Source: Takakia lepidozioides (lineage: Eukaryota; Plantae; Bryophyta). Taken from it: a DNA stretch of 64,000 bases. This document shows, in pieces, positions 63,296 through 64,000 of this stretch. The stretch spans positions 48,856,001 to 48,920,000 of the forward strand of contig CM060734.1 of NCBI GenBank assembly GCA_030704615.1, given 5' to 3'. The translations under genes were made by a program, and so were the position numbers. Below the pieces are notes generated by a model. It ran no database searches and was not told the DNA's origin. It was given only the letters and a program-made list of their open reading frames with translations. Each line of letters begins with the position of its first letter. Position 1 is the stretch's first letter.

Positions 63296-63636
63296 AATGA
63301 AATGAAGTGAAATTGTACTTGGGCGAGAGAAAGAGAGAGAGATGGGTTGCTCACTAGCCATATCCCCTTATGGATTTTTTGGGAACTTCCTACCGGCAGG
63401 GTGAGAATAGCGTGAAAATCCGCCGCAAGCTGCAAGAGATGCAAGCAATCTCTTTCCGTAGTGTACATGGTGTGACACATTTATGTGGTCCCTGTGAAGG
63501 AGTGCAGAGCCAGTCTCTTTGAAAGAAGGATAAAGGGAACACCCAGACCAATTAAGGTCTACTATCGATTAAGGATTAGCAATCAGGTGACCAGAAGCTG
63601 GCAAAGTTCTCATGTTCTTGCAATTCTTGCATGCAG

Positions 63637-63716
63637 GTGAAGTAACTAGCATGGAACAGCTCTGGCATGAGTTATTCTCAGACCCTTCACAGTGGTGGGA
63701 CAACAGGTTTAATAAG
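63637..63716 (+). CDS. Exon encoding the first half of an OSB-type 'PDF' ssDNA-binding motif (gene probably continues beyond the window)
   Basis: AG/GT-bounded exon EVTSMEQLWHELFSDPSQWWDNRFNK; LW..F..P..WWDNR is characteristic of plant OSB PDF repeats. Confidence 0.65.
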
Positions 63717-64000
63717 GTGAGGCTATCTTCATTTTGGGCCCAATAGAGGTGGTCAAGGAGGATTTGCGACTGAAGATGGGATTACAGAATTATCTGGACT
63801 CAATTAATGTCTGTTCAGTTGTTCGAAATATGACGACATTGCTCTTCATGCCACCTTACTGGATCCATCAGTATGTGAGTCAAGGTTGTTGCTGGGTGTT
63901 ATTTAAAAGATTCTTGCACAGTAGTCCATTGTAGCCTGGGTATACATCAGGCTGTGGTTGAAGGTATGGCTGCTGCCCTCTGGTGTTTCTCACAGAGACG

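Overview
Plant nuclear DNA, most likely from a non-seed land plant (inferred from gene and TE types). Two nested transposon clusters (about 0.4-35.7 kb and 48.0-62.3 kb) flank a compact gene island: an unknown spliced gene, a START-domain gene, NEET/CDGSH and a class I SAM methyltransferase. An OSB-like exon lies near the right end. The main result is a Ty3/Gypsy family seen as three TSD-bounded insertions (5925-16945, 23160-35198, 47963-62304) plus one partial nested copy. It has five linked unusual properties. (1) A DNMT3-like C5 cytosine methyltransferase with motifs I-X is fused behind Gag-protease. (2) A UAG-CAA-CCA leaky-stop context separates Gag-PR-DNMT from RT-RNaseH-integrase. (3) The integrase ends in a PHD finger. 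(4) The PBS is not tRNA-like but complementary to a hairpin loop in the element's own LTR, and the pairing covaries across subfamilies. (5) The termini are not LTR...LTR but A-internal-PPT-B-gc-A-B with a 4-bp TSD. This is what a 2-LTR circle would give if opened at the palindrome GACA-GC-TGTC inside the LTR. Also present: a tRNA-Met-primed chromovirus family (two elements, one carrying a tandem array of four LTRs), a MULE transposase relic split by two insertions, and a captured THI1 fragment. All comparisons were made by eye, without alignment or database tools.
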